A DNA stretch of 64,000 nucleotides from Centroscyllium fabricii (GCA_051313645.2 JBNRSN020000017.1:41168001-41232000); one strand, 5' to 3'. Positions 12,178-25,719 are shown, counted from the stretch's first letter. Translations and numbers: made by a program. The notes: a model not told the origin generated them from the letters alone.

Positions 12178-12704
12178 CAGGTTGTGCACCGGTAATCCGT
12201 TACCCGAAACGCCGGCAACTTCAGTGGTCCAGTATAAATCGCCCCGACTGCCCTGCGCATGCGCAAAATGGCAGCCGCGATCGAGGCTTCGGCGAATGAT
12301 GTGCGCATGCGCCGCCGAACGGCGAGCGCATGCGCAGATCATTCAAAACGGTTGCTGGATGTTTTGAATGATGTGCGCATGCGACGCCGGATGGCGAGCG
12401 CATGCGCAGATCATTCAAAATGGTCGCCGGACAAGCCGGGCCTTCCGTGGCGTCAGGGCGCGGCGGCTCGCGCCGCGTTTTGAATGTGCGAGTCCCGAGC
12501 GCCCGCCATGGTGAAGCGCACGGTTCCCTGGAGCAGCCTGCAGGCCGTCATCAGGAGGCACAAACCGCAGCTGAGACTCAGCAAGGACGTTCGGCGGCCA
12601 TTTCCAATGTTGCATGCGCACTGACCGACTTCATTCTACCGATATTTTCACTTTCCCGGCACGGGCATGGTCCCACCTGTGCCGGATTACCGGTGCTCAA
12701 CCTG
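12178..12704. mobile_element. Tc1/pogo (Tigger-like) MITE with internal palindromic repeats
   Basis: TIR caggttg(t/a)gcaccggtaatccg; right end followed by TA; same TIR as the 30291/32840/36341 family but a different interior. Confidence 0.85.
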
Positions 12705-13524
12705 TATATATATATATATATATATGTGTAAATATATATATATATGTGTGTGTATGTGTGTGTGTGTGCATAAAACAATAATATTCTGCACATTTCTCCA
12801 ATTCTATTTCATAATAATATCCACCATTAGAAAACCAGATAGAAGGTGGAACTGGGTAGTACAGTGGCAAAGAAAATTATTTTACTGGCGTAACACAACA
12901 TAAAACACGGGGATTTTGAAAACGGACAAAAATTCAATGTTCAGCAGGTTAATCCTACATTTAGTGATGGTTCTTAACAGGCACACTGCTGCAGCATAGT
13001 CCTCGGACCCAAGAATTCTGATGGAGGGAACATGCTACAACACAGCACAAAATGGGACGAGAGGCTAAAAACAAGCTGTTATGATTTTTCTGTATGATTT
13101 ACATGTGACCTCTTAACAAGCCAACGTGGTTACATCTCATTTCATTGTAACAGAATTCTGAGTAAGATCAATGTGAAAGTCTAACGTTGCAATTCCCAGT
13201 ACAATGTGAGCAATGTCTGGGTCCAAAAACAGAACGCGTAGATCACGCTGCTTGTTCAATAGATCCAAGCTGCAACAGCAATTATTGTGTTTTTGATGTT
13301 GAGGCTGATCAATTTTTATCTTGATCTTGCATTGCGGATTTCGAAAACAACAACTACAAAATAACTATTCCGTTCACTGCACTGCAACAGTTTGTTTTCA
13401 ACTCATGCGATGAGAGATTTGATTGTGATACAAGATCCATACGACAACTGAATCATGTTCACATCATACTTGTTGGCAATATACGTACTTTTTCCACTTA
13501 GTGATCATATAATAGATATACAAT

Positions 13525-14188
13525 GGGGGGAAAATTCAGTATCGCCCCTATTGGGGCGCCATTATCGGCCGTGCGCAAAGTTTAGCGCCTGGCGCTAATT
13601 ATTGCCTCCGATGGCAAAATTGGCTTTTATCGCCTCCTGGAGGTGTTTGGAGCGCTAAATTAGGCCCTTCACACTTGTCTTAAGGCGCAAAGGCCGAGGA
13701 GCGAGGCGCTACCTCAGAACGCTGGCGAAGCAAGGAAGGGCAAATCAAAATGAACCTGCAAAGTGCTGCTCAGTACCCAAAACCCCTTCACACAGCGTTG
13801 AATTTCTCCAGAAGTCTCTCTCTCTCTCTCAGAATGCGTTACACGAAAATGTCACCAACAAAAAAAGGCAGGAAGCGGTCGCCTTTAAATAGCGCTCCCC
13901 CAGCCCCTTTCTGACTGCAAAACGCTCCCCTCAAGCCGTCGTTGCTAGCGGCAGGCGGTAAGGCAGGGAGCGCCACTCAATATCCGGTCCAGGGCGCTAC
14001 GTACTCGACTGATGTCACGATCCAGGGCGCAGGAGATCGTGGCGGTAGTGTTTAGCGCCGCCGCAAAATGTCTAGTTAATTTTGCAAGCGGCGCAACCAT
14101 CACCGCGCCCGGCCGCTAGTTGCTTTGCGCCCCATTAGCGCCCTCTTAAGGCGCTAACGGGAGGCACAAACAACTGAATTATTCCCCC
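13525..14188. mobile_element. CpG-rich GGG-terminal MITE (PIF/Harbinger-like)
   Basis: Ends ggggggaaaattcagt / actgaattattccccc; homologous in opposite orientation to 47371-48188. Confidence 0.8.
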
Positions 14189-15163
14189 TATGTGTATAGG
14201 CCCCTAATACTATCCAGGTTGGCATCCACAAACCGCTAATTCACTGCAGACGAGAAACAAATTAAAGCTTTGTCTTTCTGTACCAAAGATTATTCCAATA
14301 ATAGCATTAAACTGCTCTTTTTAAATGTTCATCATCCCAGAAATATCCTGTCGGATGTGCTTTAAAAAAAAACCCTCACAGGATCCATTGCTCATGCTGA
14401 TACAACTCAAGGCAATAATTCTCCTGGTCACCCCTCTTCTCATGCACCTCCGGTAAAATCAGTCGCCTCCTAGACAGCCCTGACGGAATCTGGGCCTGAG
14501 CATTTGAAGGCACCACCTCTATATAAAAAATCCCTCTTTCAAACAGTTAACAGGAGAAAAATATCTGTTGCGAGCTCACCCATCTCCTGCCCTTTCACCA
14601 CTGTACTCATTTCAGAGTTAATCATTCTTACTTTAAATTCACTTTTTTTATTGGCCATGTTACAATCAAGAGGGAAAAAAGAGTGGAGAGAAAAATGTTA
14701 AAAAATGCATCGACACTGTAGATTGGATTGTGTCGGGTTTTTTTAATTCCCACTTTTTCCCCTCAATTCTAACATGGTCAGAAGAAAAGGCTGATTCATA
14801 TTAAGAATAGATGCTAAGTGGGAGGGCAGCAGACAGGCATGCTGGCTGTAGCCAGGACATTTCACCACCAAAATTTCAGTAGTTGGAGCACAGCAGCATC
14901 TACACTGGTGGAAGATCTGTATTTAATGCATTTGGAGTATGAGAAACCCACGCACAGAAAGTCAAACAGGAGCCAAATCATTTGACGTTTTTTCAACAAA
15001 TCTCCTTCCATTTGGTACCTAAAGCAACTCCACTCCAGGCCACTCTTCACAAAGCATTTGCTGATCTGTTAAAATAGAATTTGTTTGCAGATGGATATTT
15101 GCAGAATATATTGCCAAAGATTTGTTCTATGTAGACAATTACAGAATACAGAACTTCAGTAAC

Positions 15164-15564
15164 GGCGGCACGGTGGCATAGTGGTTAGCACTGTTGCCTC
15201 ACAGCACTGGAGACCCGGGTTCAAATCCAGCCTCGGGTACTATCTGTGTGGAGTTTGCACATTCTCCCCGTGTCCGCGTGGGTTTCCTCTGGGTGCTCCG
15301 GTTTCCTCCCACAGTCCAAAGATGTGCGGGTTAGGTTGATTGGCCAGGATAAATTGACCCTTAGTGTTAGGGGGATTGAATATGTGGGTTTACGGGGATA
15401 GGGTGGGATATGTGTCGGTGCAGGCTCGATAGGGATCGAGGTATATGGGGAGAGGGCAGGGGTGGGGTGCTGGGTTTGGATGATCAGCCATGATCTCATT
15501 GAATGGCGGAGCGGGCTCGAAGGGCCGAATGGCCTACTCCTGCTCCTATGTTTCTATGTTTCTA
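15164..15564 (+). mobile_element. Full-length HE1-type V-SINE
   Basis: Near-identical to 7852-8253. Confidence 0.95.
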
Positions 15565-15783
15565 ACAGCTCTGCAAATAGGGTCATACATTGGAATCACA
15601 CAGAAATCATCGGCCTGTAGAACACCATTCATCGCTGCAATAAAATGGCTCCTCAGGCTCTCCTCACATCTCAGCCTCCACAACCCCTGCTTATGGACAT
15701 CTGTGGTGCCTCAGCTTGTGCAGAGCCGTGTAACGTCCTTGACAGTGTGATTAGCTCAATTCAATCCACTGTATAACTATAAT

Positions 15784-16503
15784 GGCCCAGAAATTAGGGC
15801 CGCATCGCGCGAGTACGGACGGTGTACTCACGCGTGCGGCCCTCAGAAGTGTTGGTTCTGTGCGTGCACCAAGCATGCGCACAGAACCAGCACTTCCGAT
15901 GCCGGGTCTGGAGGGGTCAGGAGCCAGAGCGCGTTGGCCTGCGTACCAGGAGGTGCGCAGTGCACTTCCGATTTTTTGGTAAGTTTTTTATCAGGGTAAG
16001 TATCGGGATTAGCAGGTAAGTCTCTATTTTATTCAATTTAATTATTCCTTTCACAGTTTTTTTATTTTTAAATAATTTAAACAAAGGTAAGTAGTTTTTT
16101 AGCCCAGTTAAAAACATAAAATATTTTTTCAAAATTTTTTTTGTTTGTTTAAAATAGGTCATTTATGTTAGTGATAGTAATGTTAAAAAATGTGTTTTTA
16201 AAAATTTATTTTAATGTTTAGTGTGTTTTTGGGGCTCTTGCATTTCATAACTTTGACAAATCTGTCGGTCAAAGTTATGAATGGAGGAATCTTGGCAGTG
16301 ATTGGCTCCCCGTGGACCACGTGGTCCCGCGCGGCGTCTCGCACTAACTCTGATGCTGAGTTGCCTCAGCGCGGCGCGTGGGGCTTGGAGCAGGGCCGAG
16401 CATCGGGAGTTCAACTCCCAGAAGAGGACAAAGTTCTGTGCGCTCCGTAAGTGTGGGTTGGAGACTTGCACTCGCAGGAAGCCTCCAACCCAAATTTCTG
16501 GGC
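15784..16503. mobile_element. MITE with GC-rich arms and AT-rich core
   Basis: TIR gcccagaaatt / aatttctgggc; several GGTAAGT motifs at the arm/core boundary. Confidence 0.75.
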
Positions 16504-16544
16504 ATGGCTGAATCATCTATATATCGATAAATATTATTTTTTTA

Positions 16545-16925
16545 TTCGCTTATGGCCAGCATTTATTGCCCATCCCTAGCTGCAGTCTGTGTGGTGAAGG
16601 TAATCCCACAGTGCTGTTAAGGGGGGAGTTCCAGGATTTTGACCCAGCGACGATGAAGGATCGGCCGATATATTTCCAAGACAAGATGGTGCGTGATTTG
16701 GAGGGGAACTTGGAGGTGGTGGTGTTCCCATGTGCCTGCTGCCCTTGTCCTTCTAGGTGGAAAAGGTCAAGGGTTTGGGTGGTGCTGCTGATGAAGCCTT
16801 GGCGAGTTGCTGCAGTGCATCTTGTAGATGGTATACACTGCAGCCATGGTACACCGGTGGTGGAGGGAGTGAATGTTTAAGGTGGTGGATGGGGTGCCAA
16901 TCAAGCGGCCTGCTTTGTCTTGGAT
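16545..16925 (-). mobile_element. CR1-group LINE 3' fragment (second family)
   Basis: Same family as 28185-29220 and 55765-56275. Confidence 0.85.
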
Positions 16926-17353
16926 AATTTAAAAAAACTAAGAATCTTGAAAGGAACAATGTTGTACTAGTATAGAGATAGATACCCCAATGGTTTGACA
17001 GTAAATGCACCGTCCAGTGTGGCATGGAACCGTCTGGTTTGCAAAGGTCCTGGGTTTGATGCCTGGTTCATACTGAGAGTGATAGTCAGAGCACCTCCTG
17101 GGCTGTTCCTGATAGTGAATCAGCTCGAAGGTGCATATGGTGAAGATTGGGTGAGGACACGATTGCACCTGGTTCTGAAGAACCCAACTGCTGAACAGCC
17201 TGCCTGCACTTTAAGGGGACATTTTATGAGTATGCAATGAAGATGAAGAATCTTGCCCATTGCCTTTGCATATCAGAAAACGGCACCCAACACACCTGCG
17301 ATTTTCCACTGTGCCAGCGGCCAGTGAGATTGCTCATCACCGGCACATACTTA

Positions 17354-18175
17354 GGGGGGGGAATTTTCCTGCAGGTGCGGCGAATTGGCGGGTTTTGGGC
17401 AGGTCGGGTTTCTGGCCCGCCTGCTCAAGGGCCTGGGAGGACCACGCAATTTTGGCTCAATTGGCCAATTAATTCCCCGCCTGTCAGAGCCGATTCAAAT
17501 ACACACTTTCCAGTCAGAAAGCGTCGGGGGTAGTGAATGGTTTTGTCTCATTGTCGGCCTTTTGATTGACAGCTGTGAAGTGGCTGGATACTCACACACT
17601 GTTTGCACAGTCCTTTGTGACATCACAATGAAGTGTAAACAGATTGCTAACCACAAAAGAGTTGATTGACAGCTGTGAGGATGTGCTGGGATTCTCACAG
17701 AAAGGAGCAGCTCGGTATCTGAGGTTTTAGAAAGCATCTAATAGGTAAGTTCCTGAAAGGTGTTTCACACAGCTGATTTTGACCCCCGGGAAACAGTTGC
17801 ACCTCCAGGGTGTTGAAGGCCTGGGAGACATTCTTCTGCAGGTGCTTCAATGCCTTGAAGGTGAACGTGAAGACACAGATAGTGTTCCCGCCAGGTTTCA
17901 CTGGCGGGGTTTCCCGACGGTGCAGAATGGGTCTGAAATGCTTGGAAATTGCGAGGGGCCCTTAAAATGGAATTACCAATGCCAATTAAGGGCCCCTAAT
18001 GAGCACAATGATCAGCTCTGCCGGGTCGGGCGGGAAAGCTTCGGGCGGGAAAACAGGCCCGCGGAAAATTGCAAATCGGTGGGGATCCGGCGGGGGGTCG
18101 CGACCCCCCGGTTTCGCGATTTTAGGCCCCGCCCCACCGGAAACCCGCCCTCACGGACCCGGGAAAATTCACCCC
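17354..18175. mobile_element. PIF/Harbinger-like MITE
   Basis: TIR ggg(g)gaattttcc / ggaaaattcacccc with tta/tta 3-bp TSD; related copies at 35034-35770 and 56718-57507. Confidence 0.8.
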
Positions 18176-18650
18176 TTAGAAAATCTAAGCTCCACTGCCC
18201 TGAATTGTACGTAATAGATGGCCACGTGGGTGAGCTACCGGAGGATTACTGGTGCTGAAGGAACTGAACCCCCAGCATAAGTTAGAACTTCAGAGGAGGA
18301 AGAAAATTCTGGATGAAATTATATGCGTCTATACCAGCAGTGGAGAATAACTTAACTGGACAAGTTTTAAAATAAAAGAATTTACACATTTGTCTTTAAT
18401 TCGTGTCATATCATAACTAGTTAATTGTGTCCATAATTGAACTATTTAAAAATCATACATGAACCCAAGGAGCAATTCATCTAAAATAAGTCAGCAGAAT
18501 TATAAAGTGCACCATTTATGTGACCATTTAAAAAAATATTGATAGCTTTATATGGACTGCTTCGTACCAAATTTGAGGCAGAACAAGTACGAGAGACTTG
18601 CCCGTTAGTCTTGTCTTTCATTTTGCCTCCTCTTAAGCAAGATAATAATA

Positions 18651-19830
18651 CAGGAAACTCTTGTTTCAACGGCACCTAAATATCCGGAATTCTCTATTAT
18701 CCGGCAAAATTCTCATCCGAAAACAACACCTCAATAACCGGCAATGTTGCCGAGTCCGAGTCTCCTGTGGTGGCCGAGTTCATCAGTGGGGGTAGTTCTG
18801 CAAACTGCCACTACTCGGCTTCTTGGCGCTGTCGGAAGTCGGAACACCTCAAAACCCCTGTAACGGGAGTCTGACTCTCCCATAAGAACATAAGAAATAG
18901 GAGCAGGAGTAGGCCAATTGGCCCCTCGAGCCTGCTCCGCCATTCAAGATCATGGCTGATCCGATCCTAACCTCAATTTTATTTTTACTCTCCACCCCGC
19001 CCAGACCCATGTGATCACCTGGGAGAGGCGAAAAACCAGATAAAAAACCCAGTAGCCAATTTGGGAGAAAAAATCAGGAAAATTCCTCTCCGACCCATCT
19101 AGGCAATCGAAAACTGGTCCAGGAGATCACATGGCCGATCTGAACCTAGCCTCACGTCCACTTACCTGCCCGCTCACCATAACCCCTAATTCTCTTTAAT
19201 TTCAGGAAACTGTCTATCTCAGTTTTAAATTTATTCAACGCAGTAGCTTCCACAGCTCTCTGGGGCAGCAAATTCCACAGCCCCACCACCCTCTGAGTGA
19301 AGAAGTTTCTCCTCAACTCAGTTTTGAAATGGCAGCCCCTTATTTTAAGATTATGCCCCCTAGTCCTAGTTTCACCCACCATTGGGAACATCCTCACCGC
19401 ATCCACCCGATCAAGCCCTCTCACAATCTTATATGTTTCAATAAGATCGCCTCTCATTCTTCTGAACTCCAATGAGTAGAGGCCCAATCTACTCAGCCTC
19501 TCGTCATATGTTAGCCCCCTCCCGCTGCCGGTAGTCTCTTCTGATCCGCCATTTTACAGGGAGTACTGTGTGTCTCCCACGTTGCTGGTAGTCATTGCAT
19601 TGCATTACCCTCAACTGGCAGAACTGTACTTAATCAAGCATCTTCCACCATCGATCTAACACAGCATTCTGTAGGCGAGTACCCAATTACTGTATACTGC
19701 ACGTTTCTTGATTTTTTTATTTTTCTTCGTGAAAAATTGCCTCGGTAGATGGCCCTCTCCATCATCCGGAATTTTTGATCAACCGGCAACACGCCGGTCC
19801 CGTCGGTGCTGGATACCAAAGAGTTTCCTG
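18651..19830. mobile_element. Tc1/pogo-type MITE with nested CR1
   Basis: TIR caggaaactctt / aagagtttcctg; TA on both sides. Confidence 0.85.
18882..19520 (-). mobile_element. CR1 LINE 3' end (ORF2 C-terminus plus 3' UTR module)
   Basis: ORF 19152-19487 GLYSLEFRRMRGDLIETYKI...TRGH...RRNFFTQRVV. Confidence 0.92.
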
Positions 19831-20967
19831 TACTGTGCCAGTCCATAATTGCTTCATAATTGCTTCAATGTTCTTTTGTTCTGGAAAATAAAATTGCTGG
19901 AGATTTCTGCTCAGAATCTTTGACTCAGAAATGACTAAAGTTGATGAAATTGCCAGCACTGACCAGAACATGCGAGAGAAATTCATTTTTTCCCCAGACA
20001 CTGAAGAAATCCCCTTTTAAAATAAAGTGTTCTCATCATTAAGTTCCAGAAAAAAATTCAGGAAGGATTGCAATTCCATTTCCCCATAAAATGATGAAAT
20101 TGTTCAAGTAGCAGGAATAACCAGAAATGTTAGAAGAAAATAACCTCCCATTCCCTAGACACCAAAGACATCTTTTCTCTCTGTGGGAGTGATGATCATT
20201 TTTACCATCTGGGCAAGTGATTACAAACTCATGAAAACACTGGAGCAGGAACATACTGGCAACTGGTTTCAAATGCTTTCCGAGTCTCTCTATTTTTGTG
20301 GGGAGAGGATAAGAAGGAATCCCAAGAAATTTGCAACAGATTTTCTGATTGATACTTTTTTTTTTAGCTATGTAACTGAAGAGGAAAAATAACCTAGTTT
20401 AAAAATGTCTTCAAACCAAAATGTTGATCCTGACAACAGTTAAGCTAGCTAGTCAAGAATTGTCGGATCAGAACTTCTACAGACTGTTTTCAGGGGAAAA
20501 TAAATAATTGCAAAATGTGTACCTCGACAACTAAATGCACATTCAAATACAAAAACCCTTCGTTATTTAAAAAGAAAAATTCACTGGAGTGAATTATCAC
20601 TTAACCACCTCAACTTCGTGCAACGTTCCGGAACAATTGTAACAAGCACGCTAACATTCCTTAAAGGATTGCACACCCGCTAAAACAATTGAACAAATAA
20701 AATGTTACAACTGAGGGTGTATTACAAACATGTTTTCTTTAGAAATACTGTTAACTCATTTGTACCAGTTGTCTGTTTTTTCAGGTTGCAGATGTACTGC
20801 AGCCCATGGTCGTAAAGCGGTGTTTGACAAGTGTGACGTGTACTCAGGAATAGACTGCAAAGTGCACATCACTGTCCGTCGCACTCCTGCCACCTCGGTG
20901 TTACACTCCTCGGTTGGCTCGTTGTTTAATGTTGAGAGAAACGCAAGGTGGGGAGGAAGGTAGACCA

Positions 20968-21200
20968 TAAAAGAAAGAAAAAAGAGAAAGATTTGCATTT
21001 GTACCGCGCCTTTCACGACCACCGGACGTCACAAAGCGCTTTGCAGCCAATGAAGTCCTTTTGGAGTGTAGTCACTGTTGTAATGTGGGAAACGCGGCAG
21101 CCAATTTGCGCACAGCAAGCTCCCACAAACAGCCATGTGATCATGGCTGGATAATCTGCTTTTGTTATGTTGATTGAGGGATAAATATTGGCCAGGCCAG
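20968..21200 (-). mobile_element. DeuSINE/SacSINE-type 3' fragment (L2-like tail)
   Basis: ttgcatttgtaccgcgcctttcacgaccaccggacgtcacaaagcgctttgcagccaatg..., matching the 41660 copy. Confidence 0.75.
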
Positions 21201-22594
21201 GAGTGGAGAAGGGGAAGGTCGGGGCGGTGGGATGATGGTGGGGAGAAGGTTGAGGCAGAAGAGGGAGAAGATAAGGAGCATTCATTTTCTCTTCATACTG
21301 AAAGATAACTAAAAGTAAGTTAGGGTCATCTGGGTACATTTAAATGCGGCTTTGCACTGGGCTAGAATTATACTGCACCCAATGCTAACTCAGTGGTGTG
21401 AAACAGCATACGAGTGAGGTCCTGCATCATTCGGTTTCAGATTGGGATTGGACTACTGAGCCTCCCATCAACATAAAAGTGGCAGTATAACTGCAGTCCT
21501 ACACTCATTTGGGGCCACCAGTAGGAAACCTTGCATATACTTTTTACATGTTTTCTAGGCACATGGCTTGAAACCCAGTCCAGCTGAAGTTACTTAACAC
21601 AATGAGGGTTGTATATAGTTATACAGCTTTATGCATTAGGCTCTGAGTGCTCAGTGTCAGGGTCAGAGTCAGGGTCATTCCTCGTCAAGCGGTTGACTGG
21701 GGTAGGCAAGGCGTGTGAGCGCTTCACATTCGTTGAGGCAGCAGTGTGTCCATTTTGGTGTTGAGCAGAGCACCAGGGCCTGTCTCTTCAGCAGTCAGCC
21801 TGAGGCTTGGTGTTTGGGCTTGAGGTATAATTATCATAATATTTGGAGACTAGTCTGTTAAAATATGATGCATTTAGAAGCAATTAGTTACATGTTGTCT
21901 TTATTGAATCTTGACCAGAGCTGGGACTGCACACACTGGTACTGGGTCTCCACTAGCAACCTCGACGTAATTGGCACAGTTTTGTTGTTAGAATTCACTC
22001 ATTGCCAACTCAGAAACTCTATATATTTTCAATGAAACTCTCGTTTTATTGCCAGTTATGTGGGCCACATTACCTCTGAACTTGTTATTTGCCACTCCAG
22101 AGGAAAAACCTGATAAAACACAGTTGTTCCCAAGTAACAAGAATTCAAAACTTAATTGACTAGGCGTAGATTTTGGCTGTCGAAAAAAAAAGTTACTTTT
22201 CCCCGCAAAAGAATATTTTGCTCCACAAAGGCGACCGCTGGCCAGTTTGAAATTAAGAACTAGTTCGTGAGAGCTGAGGAACAAATTCGCTTACCTAATC
22301 CATTATTATTTCATATGCTGAATTTCACTGCTGCACTCCTCGTTTATGACTTTAATGAACATGTTTTTAGCAACATTACCCATGCAGCTCCAAGAGAAAC
22401 CTCCCAATAAATTTACCTTTATTCTACGCCAATTTTCTCAGGGCAGCGTTGACCTCCTGCTTCCGCTCCATCACACGTGGCATCGGAGGTAGCTTCGGGG
22501 TTGGGCTGGTGCTCATCTAGGCTCACAGCTGGAGGATGTCCATCTGCCCCAATCAATGTCGAGCCCATTCCAAGTCAGGCTGAACCCTTTAATG

Positions 22595-23050
22595 CAGCGG
22601 TCCCCAACCTTTTTTGGACCACGGCCTATTTTGAGCTAGACAATTTTTTCACGGACCGGTGGGGGTGGAAGGGGGGTGGTGCTGGCGGAGTTTTTTTCAC
22701 TGACCGGTGGCGGCGGGGGGGGTGCTGCCGGAGGTTTTTTCACTGACCGGGGAAGGTGCTGCCGGAGGTTTTTTCACAGACCGGGGGGGGGGGGGGTGTG
22801 CTGCCGGAGGTTTTTTCACGGACAGGGGGAGGGGGTGCTGCCGGGGTTTTTTTTCACTGACCCGGGGGGGGGGGTTGCTGGCGAGGGTTTTTCGATGGAC
22901 CGGGACGGGGGGTGCTGCGGTGCGGGCGGCGAACATTCCTTCTGCGGCTGCGGCCCGGGGCGGAAGGAGCTGGGGTGCGGGCGGCGAACATTCCTTCTGC
23001 GGCTGCGGCCCGGTAAAAATGTTCCGCGGCCCGGCGGTTGGGGACCCCTG
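22595..23050. mobile_element. hAT (Charlie-like) MITE with G-rich internal tandem repeats
   Basis: TIR cagcggtccccaacc / ggttggggacccctg; 8-bp TSD ctttaatg/atttaatg. Confidence 0.9.
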
Positions 23051-24154
23051 ATTTAATGTACACGGGTACTTCTTTGTTTAACTTACGCCTGTAGTTTATT
23101 TCGAATGGAACTAGTAAACCACTCAGGAACTCTGACTCACGTCAAGTCTGGGAGTAGTGAGCAACATGTTCTCTCCAGGCAGTGCCCTTCAGTCAGAGGC
23201 TTTGGTTGGCAAAATACTTCAGTACTCCCTTCGGTAAATGCTCTCAGGAAAAAAAAGTCATCTCTGCTTTTCCAATTTTCTTTGTTGAATTTCCAGTCAG
23301 GCAAACCAAACTCCCTCTAGCATAGCCTTAGTTAGTGATTGTGCTTTTTAAGTGGAGGAGAAAGAAACACATTTGAGTGTTTTGACTTTGTACAAGCTTT
23401 TAACATTGTAAGATTTAAAAACACCGCTGTGTGCTAGAAGTCCCTGTGCAGAGATATTTGCTCGTGGGCACCTTGGTGAGGTGGGGGAGGGGGTCAAGCA
23501 AACATTGGGCCCGTACAAGATTAGTTGTTTCTTCAGAGAAATGTTACATTTTTCCAGCCCCTGCAAAGGCATTGATTGGGCTGACCGTGCAAAGCAAAGG
23601 CTGTTCCTGACGGTGCAGCCAGCATACTATTTGTCCACTAGACTTTTAAAGAAAAACAACCTCGCACAAATAAGGAGCTCTCATCCCAGAACAATACAGC
23701 TGCCCCGACTAAGAAGCTGCTTCAAACATGGCATTTTTGAAAAAAAGTTTCATTTTTCCACAAAGGCATTCTCTTAAAATTTCAGCCATTGTAGAGTTCA
23801 AATTGTGTTGATTATAACAGCCGTTAACAGGGGTGCAGAACAGAATAAAGAAACCAGCTCAGTTTTACTGTGGTTTCACTGCAGTTGGGTGTCCCCACAA
23901 ACTGCTCTTAAGCCACCGCAGTCTGACTGAATCAGACACGGACGGCGCGCGTGCTGGGAAAACTCTGACCCACTTTTCTGTCCTTTGCAGACCAGACTGT
24001 ACTGGCACTGGAAACTGCTCCAGTTTGCAAAGACCAATACAAACTGAGTCGAACCTTTTGAATCCACACCGTTAACAAGTTCTGAACCAGTCACAAACAA
24101 GGGCATTGTTTAGTGGGGCAAAGGGAACTTGAGTTTGCCTGAAAATTTCAGCTC

Positions 24155-24731
24155 TAAGATAAGATAAGATTCAATTTATTGTCATTGTAAAGTGAACATA
24201 CACACAAAACAACGAAATGCAAACATGCAATCTCCCAAATTATTAAATGTCCTTGGTCCCAGTCTGATCCATTCCATCCCACCAGGCGCTGCAGCCACGA
24301 TGTGCCCGGTGCCGGCCACGCAGGCCCTGGCGCTCCAGCCACGACGGCCTCGCAGCTCCCGGCCCCACAGCTCTCCGAGCCCGACGGCCCCACGGCTCTC
24401 CGAGCCCGACGGCCCCACGGCTCTCAGACCCGACGGCCCCACGGCTCCCCGAGCCCGACGGCCCCACGGCTCTCCGAGCCCGACAGCCCCACGGCTCCCC
24501 GAGCCTCACGGCTCTCCGAGCCCGACGGCCCCACGGCTCTCCGAGCCCGCTCTCAGCACCCCGGCACTCCGACGACCACGACGGCTTCTTCAGCACCGGT
24601 GCCCCGATTGAGGAGCACCGGTGCTCTACTCCACCGACCCCGCCGTCCTCTCCAGGAACAGTGCGGGAACCAGGGACACTAAAAATTCGGGAGACGCAAA
24701 GCCGCTGCGTCTATGCGCGCCGCCATCTTGC
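24155..24731 (-). mobile_element. Short non-autonomous Rex/Babar-like retroelement with an internal 25-bp minisatellite
   Basis: 5' end gcaagatggcggcgcgcatagacgcagc; 3' aatgacaataaa plus (cttat)n tail; unit ctctccgagcccgacggccccacgg at ~24360-24550. Confidence 0.6.
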
Positions 24732-24767
24732 CTATTAATCTATTTTCTGCTACCTGTTTAGCATTGC

Positions 24768-25250
24768 TCAATTCAATTCAATTCAAGTTTTATTGTCATT
24801 GCAGAGTACTAGTATAATACAACGAGACGAAGACTCGACGCTCCCGAGAGTAGTGCAAATAAATTACATGCAAATTGCATACAGTAAAGTACATTTTCAG
24901 GTGTGCAGGTACCGGAGTTTCTTTTTAGAGTTCAGGAGGCTGACAGCCCTGGGGAAGAAGCTGTTCTTAAATCTAGTCGTGCGGGTGCGAATTGATCTGT
25001 AGCGTCTCCCGGAGGGCAGGGGGGCGAACAGACTGTGGCTGGGGTGTGTGGAGTCTTTAATAATGTTCAGAGACCTCCGTAGGCAGCATTTGAGGTAGAT
25101 GCTTTCCATTGACGGTAGCTGGGTGCCGGTGATTCGTTGGGCAGTTTTGACTACCCGCTGCAGGGTCTTCCGGTCCGAGATGGTGCAATTTCCATACCAG
25201 ACTGTGATGCAGCTTGTCAGTATGCTTTCGATTGTGCAGCGGTATGAACA
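24768..25250 (-). mobile_element. Rex1/Babar LINE 3' fragment
   Basis: HPSHSLFAPLPSGRRYRSIRTRTTRFKNSFFPRAVSLLN; (ttgaa)n tail. Confidence 0.9.
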
Positions 25251-25719
25251 TCAGTGAGCGCCAAATAAGGTGTAGGTCTCAGCCAAATGCCAGTTCAGCC
25301 GTATTGGGCAACTGGCAGTAAGCGCTGGCAGCTAAACATGCAACCTTGCTCCTACCAATCTCTTAGCCATTAGTTCTCTTCAATATCATTACCCCCTGCT
25401 ACACCAGCTGGTTGTGCTAAACATGAAAAATGAAAATGATGTTAACATTTTCTTCTGGGCTCGAACATGAGCACTTTACCAGTTCCATTTTAATCCTAAT
25501 TAGTTTTTAGTACGGGAAATAGAATCAGCAGGCAGAAAGGGGAGGGAGCAGGCAGTGGAGGTATAATCATTCTATGGATGCCAGCACCATGTATCTGGTT
25601 GCTGGGGGGGAAAAAAGACAAGCTATTTGACACTTCTACAAAGAACCGGTCAACAGGAAAGCCTGACTCAGGAAACATATTGCAATTTCTTACCAAACTC
25701 ATTTGAAATTGGACGAACA

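Noticed and set aside
20165-20215. Possible BAHCC1 exon 3 (DHH motif on the minus strand)
   Set aside because: The context KNDHHSHREK does not match the expected GYPRFSGSLASTFLP.SHLDHHGN; exon 3 was not found by eye in this window.
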